The notes under the pieces were generated by a model. It was not told the origin of the DNA and did not search any database. It saw nothing but the letters and a program-made list of their open reading frames with translations. This document shows, in pieces, positions 9,659-19,319 of a DNA stretch of 64,000 nucleotides. This DNA comes from an uncultured Muribaculaceae bacterium (lineage in GTDB: Bacteria; Bacillota_I; Bacilli_A; RF39; UBA660): the NCBI GenBank assembly GCA_964371025.1, contig CAYJKH010000004.1:46448-110447 (forward strand). The letters run 5' to 3'. Made by a program: the position numbers and the translations under genes. The number at the start of each line of letters is the position of its first letter. Position 1 is the stretch's first letter.

Positions 9659-10393
9659 ATGATAAGTATAAAAGAAAACAAAGAAACAAATTATTTAAAA
9701 TTAAAAAATGATGTAATTACATATGCAGTATGTAAATCAAGAAATGATAAATTATTAAGAGCCACTATTCAAGTTTTAAATCAAAATTTAAAATTAAAAA
9801 CAGTGGAAGTATATAAAAAAATCGATCTAATTGACATTAATGAAGAAAATAAAATAATTCCCCTTCGTAAAGATTTGAGAAGATTATATGGTGATAGATG
9901 CATGCTAACTGGAAAAGAAGGAGAACTAGAATATCATCATTTAGAAAAGAAGGAGTATGGTGGTAAAAATACAGTAGAAAATGGTGCTTTACTTTCAAAA
10001 GAAGCACACGTATGGTTACACGATGTAGTTGAGGCCAATAATCCTAGATTATTTAGAGAAATAAATGAAGCTCTTTATAGATATAAAGAAGCCTTTGATA
10101 CTGATAACTGGAAACTAATCGAACAATTTGAATTAGAAATATTTCCGAAAGTAGAAAAATTAATTACAACAAGATTCATTGAAACATATCAAGAACTTGA
10201 AGAAAAAAGTAATCCTAAAAAGAAAAAAAGAGGAACAAGACGTCAAAAAGTAGATGAAGCAGATGATAAATCTAGTTCTAAAAAACAAGATGCAGTAGCA
10301 AGAGAAGTTACTAAATTACATAATCAAAAAATAATGAAAAAAGTTAGAAAAAGTGTTGATAAAAATGAAAGACTTTATAACTCACATAGATAA
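9659..10393 (+). CDS. HNH-nuclease-motif protein with a basic C-terminal tail
   Basis: AGGAGG RBS directly upstream of ATG 9659. The ORF-track start at 9623 has no RBS. HNH-type motif: YHHLEKKEYGGKNTVENGALLSKEAHVWLH. Confidence 0.6.
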   Translation: MISIKENKETNYLKLKNDVITYAVCKSRNDKLLRATIQVLNQNLKLKTVEVYKKIDLIDINEENKIIPLRKDLRRLYGDRCMLTGKEGELEYHHLEKKEYGGKNTVENGALLSKEAHVWLHDVVEANNPRLFREINEALYRYKEAFDTDNWKLIEQFELEIFPKVEKLITTRFIETYQELEEKSNPKKKKRGTRRQKVDEADDKSSSKKQDAVAREVTKLHNQKIMKKVRKSVDKNERLYNSHR

Positions 10394-10395
10394 TT

Positions 10396-11574
10396 ATGTT
10401 TGATGTGGTAATAATCGGAGCAGGCCCAGCCGGGTTAATGTGTGCTCTTAATTTAGATAAAAACTTAAAAGTATTAATAATTGATAAGAATAATACAATC
10501 GGTAAAAAACTACTCCTAACAGGAGGAGGAAGATGTAATATTACAAATAATAAATCAAATAAAGACTTCTTAGAAGAAATTAAACATAATAAAAAATATT
10601 TATATTCTACAATTAATAACTTTGGACCAAGTGATATATTAGAGTATTTTAAGGATATTGATTTTATCGAAGAAGAAGAAAATAAAATCTTTTTGAAAAG
10701 TGGTAATTCAAATGAATTAATTAAGAATCTTGAAAACCGATTAACTTGTAAAATTAATTATAACGAAAAAGTTGTAAATATAAATATAGAGGATGATTTT
10801 ATAAATGTAATAACTAATAAAGGAATTATAAATACTAAAAATGTTGTATTTGCAACAGGTGGAGCAAGTTATAAAGGAACTGGTAGTACGGCCGATCATA
10901 TTAAATTTGCTAAAAATCTTGATATAGATACGGTTAATTTATATCCAGTAGAAAACAGTATTATTATAAAAGATACCTTTGATTTAAGTGGTACAAGTAT
11001 TAGTGAAGTAACAGTTTCTGCTAATAAACATAAAAAAACGGGTAATGTTATGTTTACTCATAATGGTTTAAGTGGTAGTTCTATTATGAAGATAAGTGAA
11101 TATATTTATTTAGAAAATATAAAAAATATTAAAATTGACTTCTTACCTAATCTAGATCTATGCTTATTAAAAGATTCATTAGAATTAAGTCGAAATAATA
11201 GAATTTTAGAATTTTTAAATAGTTATTTTTCCAAAAAATTCAGTATCTTCTTATTAAATAAATCTAATATTGATAAAAGTAGTTTAATAAAGCAAATTAA
11301 TCATAAAGAATTAAATTTGTTATTAAATAATTTAAAAGATATGAATATCGAAATAAAAAAAGTATCACCAATAGAGTTAGCTTATGCAACAGGTGGTGGT
11401 ATAAATTTAAAAGAAATTAACACTAAAACATTTGCAACTCATAAATATAATAATATATACTTTATTGGTGAATCACTTGATATTCATGGCCCAATAGGGG
11501 GATATAATATTACTCTCGCAATGTCTACTGGGTATAGTGCATCACTTGATATAAATAAAAAAACTTCACTATAA
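10396..11574 (+). CDS. FAD-dependent oxidoreductase, HI0933/BaiN family
   Basis: N-terminal dinucleotide fold VIIGAGPAGLM and the family-typical GGGRCNITN motif. Confidence 0.75.
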   Translation: MFDVVIIGAGPAGLMCALNLDKNLKVLIIDKNNTIGKKLLLTGGGRCNITNNKSNKDFLEEIKHNKKYLYSTINNFGPSDILEYFKDIDFIEEEENKIFLKSGNSNELIKNLENRLTCKINYNEKVVNINIEDDFINVITNKGIINTKNVVFATGGASYKGTGSTADHIKFAKNLDIDTVNLYPVENSIIIKDTFDLSGTSISEVTVSANKHKKTGNVMFTHNGLSGSSIMKISEYIYLENIKNIKIDFLPNLDLCLLKDSLELSRNNRILEFLNSYFSKKFSIFLLNKSNIDKSSLIKQINHKELNLLLNNLKDMNIEIKKVSPIELAYATGGGINLKEINTKTFATHKYNNIYFIGESLDIHGPIGGYNITLAMSTGYSASLDINKKTSL

Positions 11575-11585
11575 TGAAGTTTTTT
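11557..11585. terminator. Bidirectional terminator hairpin shared by convergent genes
   Basis: AAAAAAACTTCA (11557-11568) pairs with TGAAGTTTTTT (11575-11585). The 6-nt loop CTATAA holds both stop codons. Confidence 0.65.
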
Positions 11586-12153
11586 CTTCTATATAACTAT
11601 CTTTAATAAAAGTAGGAGAGTACTTTTTAAAAAAAGTATATTCATTAACAGGGACAATAATTGTATAAGAAATTAATTCTTTATAAACTCTACTTACTAT
11701 TGTAGAGTTTTTTAATAATAGATTTAAGTCTTTTTCCTTATCATAAGAAATAGTTATCTTTATTTCATAAGCTTTAATTAAATTTAATATTTCAGCCTTT
11801 TTTAAACATTCAATTGGAGAGGATGTATAGGCTTTAATTAAACCACCAGTACCTAGTAATGTTCCTCCGAAATATCTAATAACTACTACTAATATATTAG
11901 TTAAATCATTTTTTTTAATAACATTTAAAATAGGAAGACCTGCAGTTGAAGAAGGTTCTCCATCATCACTTGCTCTATATATATCATTTATTACATAAGC
12001 ATAACAATGATGATTAGCTTTTTTATATAAAGTTCTTAATTCTGTTAAATAAATTTCTACTTGAACAGTGTCATTAACTTTGAATATATATGTAATGAAT
12101 TTTGAATTTTTAATAATTAGTTCATTTTTTATATTTTCTTTTATTGTCTTCAT
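11569..12153 (-). CDS. yigZ: YigZ/IMPACT-family protein
   Basis: Conserved SDDGEPSSTAGLPIL motif of the UPF0029/IMPACT family. AAGGAG RBS. Confidence 0.75.
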   Translation of the reverse strand: MKTIKENIKNELIIKNSKFITYIFKVNDTVQVEIYLTELRTLYKKANHHCYAYVINDIYRASDDGEPSSTAGLPILNVIKKNDLTNILVVVIRYFGGTLLGTGGLIKAYTSSPIECLKKAEILNLIKAYEIKITISYDKEKDLNLLLKNSTIVSRVYKELISYTIIVPVNEYTFFKKYSPTFIKDSYIEEKTSL

Positions 12154-12245
12154 AATAACTCCTTTTACTATTATATCTAATTTTAATAATAAGATATATA
12201 CAAATTAATAAAATATTTGTATAATGAATATTAGAGGAGGAAATT

Positions 12246-13358
12246 ATGAAAATAAATAAAAAAGATTTTGATTTTGTTTCTATAAATAAACTAATAAAAG
12301 TATTATTATTTGTAACAGTTATAGGAGCAATATTACTAGCAACATATGTATTTAAAGAATGGAATATATTTAGTGGTATTAAGACGTTCTTTTCGGTGAT
12401 TTCACCATTAATAATAGGATTTATTATAGCGTGGTTATTTGAACCAGCTGCAACATTTTTAGAGAAGAAGAAACTTCCGAGAATTATAGCTTGTTTAATC
12501 CCATATATTGCCTTTTGGGGAGTATTAATCCTAGCAATAACATTAATAGCACCATCATTTATTGATCAAGTTATATCATTTGCAGAAACTATTCCAGCTT
12601 TAGCAGAAGAAGCTTTAAAGACTGCTACTAGTTTTACAAATACTCTTAACTTAAATGAAGTTGTTAATATAAAGGAGCAGTTTAGTGGAGCTTTAGGAGG
12701 AATAATTAGTACTTTATCTACAACATTACCTAATTTACTAATTTCAATAGGGTCAAGTGCTGTTGGAATAGGATTTACTTTATTCTTAAGTATAATTATA
12801 GGATTTTACTTACTATATGACTTTAAAAAAGCTAATAATGCTATTATGGCTTTTGTTCCTAATAAATGGCAAAATAATGCAAAAGAGTTGGGTCAAAGAA
12901 TTAATACTTCTTTAAGAAGTTATGTTCAAGGAGTGTTAATCATAATGGTATTAATATTTGTATTCCAAAGTATTGGATATACATTATCAGGATTAGAGTC
13001 ACCTCTAGTATTTGCAGTATTTGGAGCAGTTACTAATGTAATACCATATTTTGGTCCATATATCGGAGGAATCCCAGCAGTTATAGTAGGATTTACAATA
13101 AATCCACTTGTTGGAATATTTGTTTTAGTAACAATTTTAGTAGTTCAATTACTAGATAATGTATTTTTCTCACCGCTTGTAATGGGACATGCTGTTAAAC
13201 TACATCCTGTTACAATAATTATTTCCTTATTGATTTTCCAACAATTATTTGGTATCATAGGAATGATTGTAGCTACTCCGATTGTAGCATCAATTAAAGT
13301 TATATTTAATTTTACAAATGAAAGATTTAATATAAAAGAAAAAATAGTTAATAATTAA
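12246..13358 (+). CDS. AI-2E (PerM/UPF0118) family transporter
   Basis: Multi-pass membrane protein of 370 aa with the typical C-terminal VIPYFGPYIGGIPA region. GGAGG RBS. Confidence 0.75.
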   Translation: MKINKKDFDFVSINKLIKVLLFVTVIGAILLATYVFKEWNIFSGIKTFFSVISPLIIGFIIAWLFEPAATFLEKKKLPRIIACLIPYIAFWGVLILAITLIAPSFIDQVISFAETIPALAEEALKTATSFTNTLNLNEVVNIKEQFSGALGGIISTLSTTLPNLLISIGSSAVGIGFTLFLSIIIGFYLLYDFKKANNAIMAFVPNKWQNNAKELGQRINTSLRSYVQGVLIIMVLIFVFQSIGYTLSGLESPLVFAVFGAVTNVIPYFGPYIGGIPAVIVGFTINPLVGIFVLVTILVVQLLDNVFFSPLVMGHAVKLHPVTIIISLLIFQQLFGIIGMIVATPIVASIKVIFNFTNERFNIKEKIVNN

Positions 13359-13384
13359 ATAAACAGGGACTAAAGAAAAGTAAT

Positions 13385-13541
13385 AATATATTTATTTATA
13401 GAGATTTAACAAAGGGTGGAAGTTAAAATTAAATATATCATGAAAGCTACTTTAAGAGTTTATTCGAGTGATCGTTATCCAATTAAGACCAAATTTAGGA
13501 TGGTACCGGACTTTTGTCCTCCTAAAGCTTGGTCTTTTTTT
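13385..13541 (+). promoter_or_regulatory. T-box leader (tRNA-Ala specific) with intrinsic terminator
   Basis: T-box core AAATTTAGGATGGTACCGG (about 13491-13509). Terminator arms AAGACCAAATTTAGGA / TCCTAAAGCTTGGTCTT followed by T7 (to 13541). Stem I distal loop GGGTGGAA. Putative specifier GAA-A-GCU-A with GCU at 13446-13448. alaS lies downstream. Confidence 0.75.
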
Positions 13542-13560
13542 CTAATAATAAGGAGGAAGT

Positions 13561-14094
13561 ATGAAAATATATTTAATCGGAGGAAAAGCCAGAAATGGTA
13601 AAGATACTCTGGCAAAATTTCTAAAAGAAGCAGAAGAAATTAATAATAAAAAAGTATGTATAATGCAAATAAGTAATCCTTTAAAACATTATGCTAAAGA
13701 TCATTTTAATTGGGATGGTAAAGAAAGTACAAAACCTCGTAGTCTCTTAACAGAAATTGGAACAGAAGTTATTAGAGTTAAAATGAAGCAAGATGAATTT
13801 TTAATTAAAAGATTAGTAGAAGACTTGCAAGTATTAGAAAACTACTTTGATGTAGCTATAATTTCAGATGTTAGATTAGTACTGGAATATGACTATGTTA
13901 AAAAATCATATCCAGATGCAATAACTATTAAAATAAAAAGAGAAGACTTTGAAAGTAACTTATCAAATGATCAAAAAAATCATTTAACAGAGACAGGATT
14001 AGATAATTACAATGATGTAGACTATTTAATAATAAATAAAACATTAAAAGATTTAAAATTACAAGCAAATAAACTAGTAAATGAAAAGAGGTAA
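13561..14094 (+). CDS. P-loop kinase-like protein (phage-type dNMP kinase-like)
   Basis: AAGGAGG RBS. N-terminal P-loop GGKARNGKDT plus an RSLLTEIGTEVIR segment, as in the dNMP-kinase family. Family assignment is tentative. Confidence 0.5.
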   Translation: MKIYLIGGKARNGKDTLAKFLKEAEEINNKKVCIMQISNPLKHYAKDHFNWDGKESTKPRSLLTEIGTEVIRVKMKQDEFLIKRLVEDLQVLENYFDVAIISDVRLVLEYDYVKKSYPDAITIKIKREDFESNLSNDQKNHLTETGLDNYNDVDYLIINKTLKDLKLQANKLVNEKR

Positions 14095-14097
14095 ATA

Positions 14098-16791
14098 ATG
14101 AAGTATTTAACACATAAAGAAATAAGAAAGATATGGATAAACTATTTTACAAAAAATAACCATAAAATATTCCCGAGTGCACCATTAATTCCGATTAATG
14201 ATGATAGTCTGCTTTGGGTTAATGCAGGGGTTACACCGTTAAAAAAATATTTTGATGGAACTAGCATTCCTGATTCAAGAAGAATAGTATCAATTCAAAA
14301 ATGTATTAGAACAAATGATATTACTCAAGTGGGTATAACAAAAAGACATCATACTTTTTTTGAAATGATGGGTAATTTTTCGGTAGGAGACTATTTTAAA
14401 TTAGAAAGTATTGAATTTACCTTTGAATTGTTAACTTCAAAAGACGGATTTGATATCGATAAGGATTTATTATATATAAGTGTTTATGATAAAGATGATG
14501 AGGCATATGATAAGTGGTTATCTTTAGGAATAGATAAAAGTCATATTGTAAAACTTTCAGGTAATTTTTGGGAAATAGGGCCTGGTCCTTGTGGTCCTGA
14601 TTCAGAAATATTTTTTGATAGAGGAGAAAAGTATGATCCGAATAAAGATGCCTTTTTAAAATTTAGTAAAGACGAAGAACAGGAAAGATATGTTGAGATA
14701 TGGAATAATGTTTTTTCTGAATTTAATGCAGTTGAAGGAAAAGATAGAGTTGATTATCCAGAACTTCCAAGTAAGAATATAGATACAGGAGCAGGATTAG
14801 AAAGATTTTGTTGTATATTCCAAAATGTAGATAGTAATTTTGAAACGGATTTATTTACTCCTATTATTAAACATATTGAGGAATTATCAAATATTATGTA
14901 TACAGGACAAACTGAGTTTAAGATTATAGCAGATCATATAAAAGCAATTACTTTTGCTTTAACAGATGGAGCAGCTTTTGAAAATGTTGGGCGTGGTTAT
15001 GTTATTAGAAGATTACTTAGAAGATCAGTAAGAGTTGCTAAAAAAATAGATATTAAAGATCTTTTTATGTATAAATTAGTTAGTGATGTAGTAAATATAA
15101 TGGATGAATTTTATCCTGAATTAAAACAAAAACAAACTTTAGTAGAAACTCTAATTTTAGAAGAAGAAAAACTATTTTCAAAAACACTAGAAAAAGGAGA
15201 ACGTCTTCTAAAAGATTTAATGAATGATTCAATTCATAATACAATAAGTGGTAATGATGTATTCAAATTATATGATACGTATGGATTTCCGTATGAATTA
15301 ACTGAGGAAATATTAAAAGAAAATAATTTTACAACATCTAAAGAAGAATTTGATAAATATATGCAAAGTCAAAAAGATTTAGCAAAAAAGAATGTTAAAA
15401 ATAAGACTGCTATGGCTAGTCAAAATGAACAGTTATTAAATTATTTTGAAAAATCTACTTTCTTATATGGTCCTACAAGATTAAAAGCAAAAGTTTTAAA
15501 AGTTTTTTCAAAAGAAAAAAAATTAGAAAAAATTACTCAAACAGGATTTGTAGTATGTGATAAAACATGTTTCTACGCTGAATCTGGCGGTCAAGTAGGA
15601 GATACTGGTATGATTATTGGTGAAAACTTTAAAGCTCGTGTATTAGATGTATTTAAGGCTCCAAATGGACAACATGTTCATGCTATTAAAATGTTATCTG
15701 GAACTATAACTGAAAATAACTCTTGTGAACTAGTAATTGATAAAGCAAGAAGAGGAGCAATAGAAAAAAATCATTCAACAGCCCATATCTTAATGTATAC
15801 ACTTCGCGAAATACTAGGAGAAAATGTTAAACAAGCAGGTTCTTTTGTAAATGAAGATAAATTAAGATTTGATTTTACTTATCCTAATAAAATTTCAGAA
15901 GAAAAAATTATTAAAATAGAAGATACTATTAATAATCACATTTCTAAAAATTCAATTTGCTCAACTGAAACAACGACATTAGAACAAGCCGAAAAATTAG
16001 GGGCACTAGCATTTTTTGAAGAAAAATACACAGATGTTGTAAGAGTAGTTAAACTAGGGAAATCCATTGAATTATGCGGTGGTACTCACGTAGCTAATAC
16101 TAAAGATATTAAAAAAATAGCAATAACTGATTTAGAATCTAAGGGAAGTAATGTTTATAGAATTGAAATAATAAATGAAACTAAATTTGAAAAAGCTTTT
16201 TTTGAAATTTTAAAACCTTATAATGATGCAATTATCAAATTATTAATGAAATCAAAAGATATAATTGAAAAAGCTAGATTAGAAAATATAAATCTAGATT
16301 TTAATGTTAATGTTGAAAAAGTACCAGGAAATTCATATAATGATATTATTTTTTCTCGTAATCAATTATCATATATAACAGCTGAAGTTAAAGATTTAGA
16401 AAAAAAATATTTACAATTAAAAGAACAAGAGTCTTTAAAATCACTTAACTCTTATACTGATGAAATAGTTAATGTAAATAATAAAAATATTTTAATTCAA
16501 ACAGTAAGTAATCAAGATAATGAAATATTAAAAACAATTACAGATACTTTAGCTAATAAATATGAAAACATTTCTATTTTATTATTTAATATTCATAATG
16601 ATAGTGTTAACTTTATTGGAAAAAGTAATGATAAAAGTGTAAATATAGGATATATCATTAAAGAAATAAGTAATATTTGTAATGGAAATGGTGGAGGAAG
16701 TGCTAGTTTTGGTAGAGGTGGATCTAAAGAAATTATTAATTTAGATAAAGCTATTAATTTTGCAAATACTACACTAAGAAGTAATGAATAA
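14098..16791 (+). CDS. alaS: Alanine--tRNA ligase
   Basis: 897 aa. Class II AlaRS N-terminus (FPSAPLIP, WVNAGV), editing-domain HSTAHIL and CGGTHV motifs, C-terminal DHHA1-like GGGS region. Confidence 0.95.
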   Translation: MKYLTHKEIRKIWINYFTKNNHKIFPSAPLIPINDDSLLWVNAGVTPLKKYFDGTSIPDSRRIVSIQKCIRTNDITQVGITKRHHTFFEMMGNFSVGDYFKLESIEFTFELLTSKDGFDIDKDLLYISVYDKDDEAYDKWLSLGIDKSHIVKLSGNFWEIGPGPCGPDSEIFFDRGEKYDPNKDAFLKFSKDEEQERYVEIWNNVFSEFNAVEGKDRVDYPELPSKNIDTGAGLERFCCIFQNVDSNFETDLFTPIIKHIEELSNIMYTGQTEFKIIADHIKAITFALTDGAAFENVGRGYVIRRLLRRSVRVAKKIDIKDLFMYKLVSDVVNIMDEFYPELKQKQTLVETLILEEEKLFSKTLEKGERLLKDLMNDSIHNTISGNDVFKLYDTYGFPYELTEEILKENNFTTSKEEFDKYMQSQKDLAKKNVKNKTAMASQNEQLLNYFEKSTFLYGPTRLKAKVLKVFSKEKKLEKITQTGFVVCDKTCFYAESGGQVGDTGMIIGENFKARVLDVFKAPNGQHVHAIKMLSGTITENNSCELVIDKARRGAIEKNHSTAHILMYTLREILGENVKQAGSFVNEDKLRFDFTYPNKISEEKIIKIEDTINNHISKNSICSTETTTLEQAEKLGALAFFEEKYTDVVRVVKLGKSIELCGGTHVANTKDIKKIAITDLESKGSNVYRIEIINETKFEKAFFEILKPYNDAIIKLLMKSKDIIEKARLENINLDFNVNVEKVPGNSYNDIIFSRNQLSYITAEVKDLEKKYLQLKEQESLKSLNSYTDEIVNVNNKNILIQTVSNQDNEILKTITDTLANKYENISILLFNIHNDSVNFIGKSNDKSVNIGYIIKEISNICNGNGGGSASFGRGGSKEIINLDKAINFANTTLRSNE

Positions 16792-17716
16792 TTATTTACT
16801 AGAAAGTGATAACTATATATTAATTAATAATTTCATAAATGAAATAATATTAAAAAAGGATTTTTCTAATATTGATAAAAATATTTATAATTTAACTAAT
16901 GTAGCGCTAATTGATGCTATTAATGATTTAGATACTTATAGTTTTTTTGATACAAAGAAAACTATTATTATAAATAATATTGAATTTAAAGATGTAAGGG
17001 AAGAGGAATTAAATTTATTAATAAATTATTTAAATAAACCACATGATGATAATTTATTAATAATAACTACTCCCAAAATGGATGAGAGAAAAAAAGTATA
17101 TAAAGCAATTAAATCATTAACAAATTATAATAAGTTAATACCAGATATAAAAGGATTTGCAAAAGAAAAGTTAAAAGATTATAAAATAGATAGTGATGCA
17201 CTTAAAACATTACTAGAATATTCTAATGATAATATCGATAAACTATATAATGATATTAATATATTAAAAGCTTATAAAATAGAAGAAAAAGAAATATTAA
17301 AAGAAGATATTATAGATGCTTTATTTTATTTAGTAAAAGAAGATAAAGATTTATCATTTGAATTTGTTAGATACTTATCAAAAAAAGATATTAAAAATAC
17401 TCTTTATTCTTATGAAAAATTAGAACTACAAGGAGTAGAACCGATTGCTATATTAGGACTTATTGCAAGTCAACTTAGAATAATATATAAAGTTAAAATA
17501 CTAAGTAGTAGACAACTAAATAATGAAGATATGAAAAATATCTTAAATGAAAAAACCACATTTCGAATCAATAAAACAAAAGAAGTAATAAATAACTTTT
17601 CTAAAGCTGAACTATTAGAATTATTTAAAGCTTTAAGAGATTTAGATATAAAAATGAAGAGTACTGATATAGATAAACATCATCTAATTAAAATGTTTAT
17701 ATTACAAATAAAATAA
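16784..17716 (+). CDS. holA: DNA polymerase III delta subunit
   Basis: 310 aa. Overlaps alaS by 8 nt. Layout matches the delta subunit (N-terminal YLL..D..L.., central LKTLLEYSNDNIDKLYNDINILKAY, C-terminal PIAILGLIASQLRIIYKVK). Confidence 0.65.
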   Translation: MNNYLLESDNYILINNFINEIILKKDFSNIDKNIYNLTNVALIDAINDLDTYSFFDTKKTIIINNIEFKDVREEELNLLINYLNKPHDDNLLIITTPKMDERKKVYKAIKSLTNYNKLIPDIKGFAKEKLKDYKIDSDALKTLLEYSNDNIDKLYNDINILKAYKIEEKEILKEDIIDALFYLVKEDKDLSFEFVRYLSKKDIKNTLYSYEKLELQGVEPIAILGLIASQLRIIYKVKILSSRQLNNEDMKNILNEKTTFRINKTKEVINNFSKAELLELFKALRDLDIKMKSTDIDKHHLIKMFILQIK

Positions 17717-17742
17717 AAAGAAAGTAATTATTTACTTTCTTT
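17717..17742. terminator. Bidirectional terminator between holA and rarA
   Basis: AAAGAAAGTAA (17717-17727) / TTACTTTCTTT (17732-17742). Overlaps the rarA stop codon. Confidence 0.6.
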
Positions 17743-18942
17743 AAATTTTTCTATTTTATCATATACTTCTTTTAAGTGTTTTTCATATCCTAACTCTTTT
17801 GGTATATAATATTTTCTATTTTTAATAGAATTAGGTAAATAAGTTTGTTTAACCATCACATTGGGATAATCATGAGGATAAATATAAGTTGGGCTATTAG
17901 TCTTTATTTGTTTTGGAATAGTAGAAGTATTTTCGTCTTTTATATCTTCTAAGGCACTAGCAATAGCTAAATAAGCAGTATTACTCTTAGGAGATAGAGC
18001 CATTTCAATTACGATTTGACTAATTATAATTCTAGCTTCTGGCATGCCAACTCGAAGAGCAGCATTAATAGCAGCGTCCAGACGAGGACCCATATCAATA
18101 TTAGCAAGTCCGATGTCTTCGTATGCAATAACCGATAATCTTCGGAATATTGATTCTAAATCTCCTTGAGTAATAAGTCTTGCAACGTAGTGAATACTAG
18201 CATTAACATCGCTTCCTCGAATAGATTTTTGTAAACCACTTAATACATCATAATGATATTCATCGCTTTTATCAGAATAAAAGACTGCCTTGCTATTAAT
18301 TAACTTAATTACATCTATATCAATTACTTTTTCATCTGTAATAAAAGCTATTTCTAATAGGTTATAAGCATATCTTAAATCATTTCCAGATACTTTAGCA
18401 ATTAAAGATACTGCTTCATCTGTTATAGTTTTATCTTTAAACTCTTCTAATAAGCTTGCTTTTTTCAATCCTTTGATTATATCCTGATTAGTAAGTTCAT
18501 ATAATTCGAATAAATGACAACGACTTCTAATAGCGGGATTGATAGAGTGGTAAGGATTGGATGAGGTTAATCCAATTAATATAATTAAACCACTTTCTAT
18601 TACTGGTAATAAAATATCTTGTTTATCTTTATTAAGTCTATGAATTTCATCCATTATTAAAATGATTGAGCCATACATTTTAGCTTCTTCAATTACAATA
18701 TCTAAATCCTTTTTTGTATTGCTAACAGCATTTAAAAAACGATATCTCATATCAAGGTCGTTTACTAAAGCATGAGCAATTGAGGTTTTTCCAATACCAG
18801 GTTTTCCAAATAAAATTAAAGAAAATAGTTTTTTACTTTTAACTAGATTAGTTAATATTTTATTTTCTCCTATTAAATGAGATTGTCCAATTATATCATC
18901 CAATGTTACTGGTTTTAATCTTTGAGCTAATGGTTTGTTCAT
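17728..18942 (-). CDS. rarA: Replication-associated recombination protein A (AAA+ ATPase)
   Basis: Walker A GKPGIGKTS, Walker B IILIMDEIHR, MgsA C-terminal domain. GGAGG sits 5 nt upstream of ATG 18942, so I prefer this start to 18954. Confidence 0.9.
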   Translation of the reverse strand: MNKPLAQRLKPVTLDDIIGQSHLIGENKILTNLVKSKKLFSLILFGKPGIGKTSIAHALVNDLDMRYRFLNAVSNTKKDLDIVIEEAKMYGSIILIMDEIHRLNKDKQDILLPVIESGLIILIGLTSSNPYHSINPAIRSRCHLFELYELTNQDIIKGLKKASLLEEFKDKTITDEAVSLIAKVSGNDLRYAYNLLEIAFITDEKVIDIDVIKLINSKAVFYSDKSDEYHYDVLSGLQKSIRGSDVNASIHYVARLITQGDLESIFRRLSVIAYEDIGLANIDMGPRLDAAINAALRVGMPEARIIISQIVIEMALSPKSNTAYLAIASALEDIKDENTSTIPKQIKTNSPTYIYPHDYPNVMVKQTYLPNSIKNRKYYIPKELGYEKHLKEVYDKIEKFKESK

Positions 18943-19067
18943 AAAGGCCTCCATAAATATATTTTAACATAAAAGTTTATTTAATAATAGTAGAACAAGT
19001 AGATAGCAAAATTGACAAAAATGTTGAAAAATGGTATTATAACCGCTATAAGGAGTTGAAAAGGGTT

Positions 19068-19304
19068 ATGGAAATAGAAGATGTAGTTAAATTTGAAAAT
19101 AATGAGTACTATGTACTAGATAAAATGACTTATGAAAATATGGAACTTTTCTGCCTGGTTTTACTGAAAAATGATGAACCAACAGAAACGATAAGACTGG
19201 TAGAATATAAAAATAATAATTTATATGAACCATCTAAAGATATAATGGGAAAAATTATGCCTTTATTTGTTCAAAATATATTAGAAAGTGCTAATAATAA
19301 TTAG
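19068..19304 (+). CDS. DUF1292-like small protein
   Basis: 78-82 aa. Pattern NEYYVLDKMTYENMELFCLVLL...TIRLVEY resembles the UPF0473/DUF1292 fold pattern. Start is uncertain: ATG 19068, or TTG 19056 as in the ORF track. Confidence 0.45.
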   Translation: MEIEDVVKFENNEYYVLDKMTYENMELFCLVLLKNDEPTETIRLVEYKNNNLYEPSKDIMGKIMPLFVQNILESANNN

Positions 19305-19319
19305 TATTAGGGGGATAAA

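Noticed and set aside
13416-13601. 61-aa ORF from the six-frame track
   Set aside because: It lies entirely within the T-box leader and terminator and overlaps the start of the next gene. It has no RBS and its composition is explained by the RNA element.
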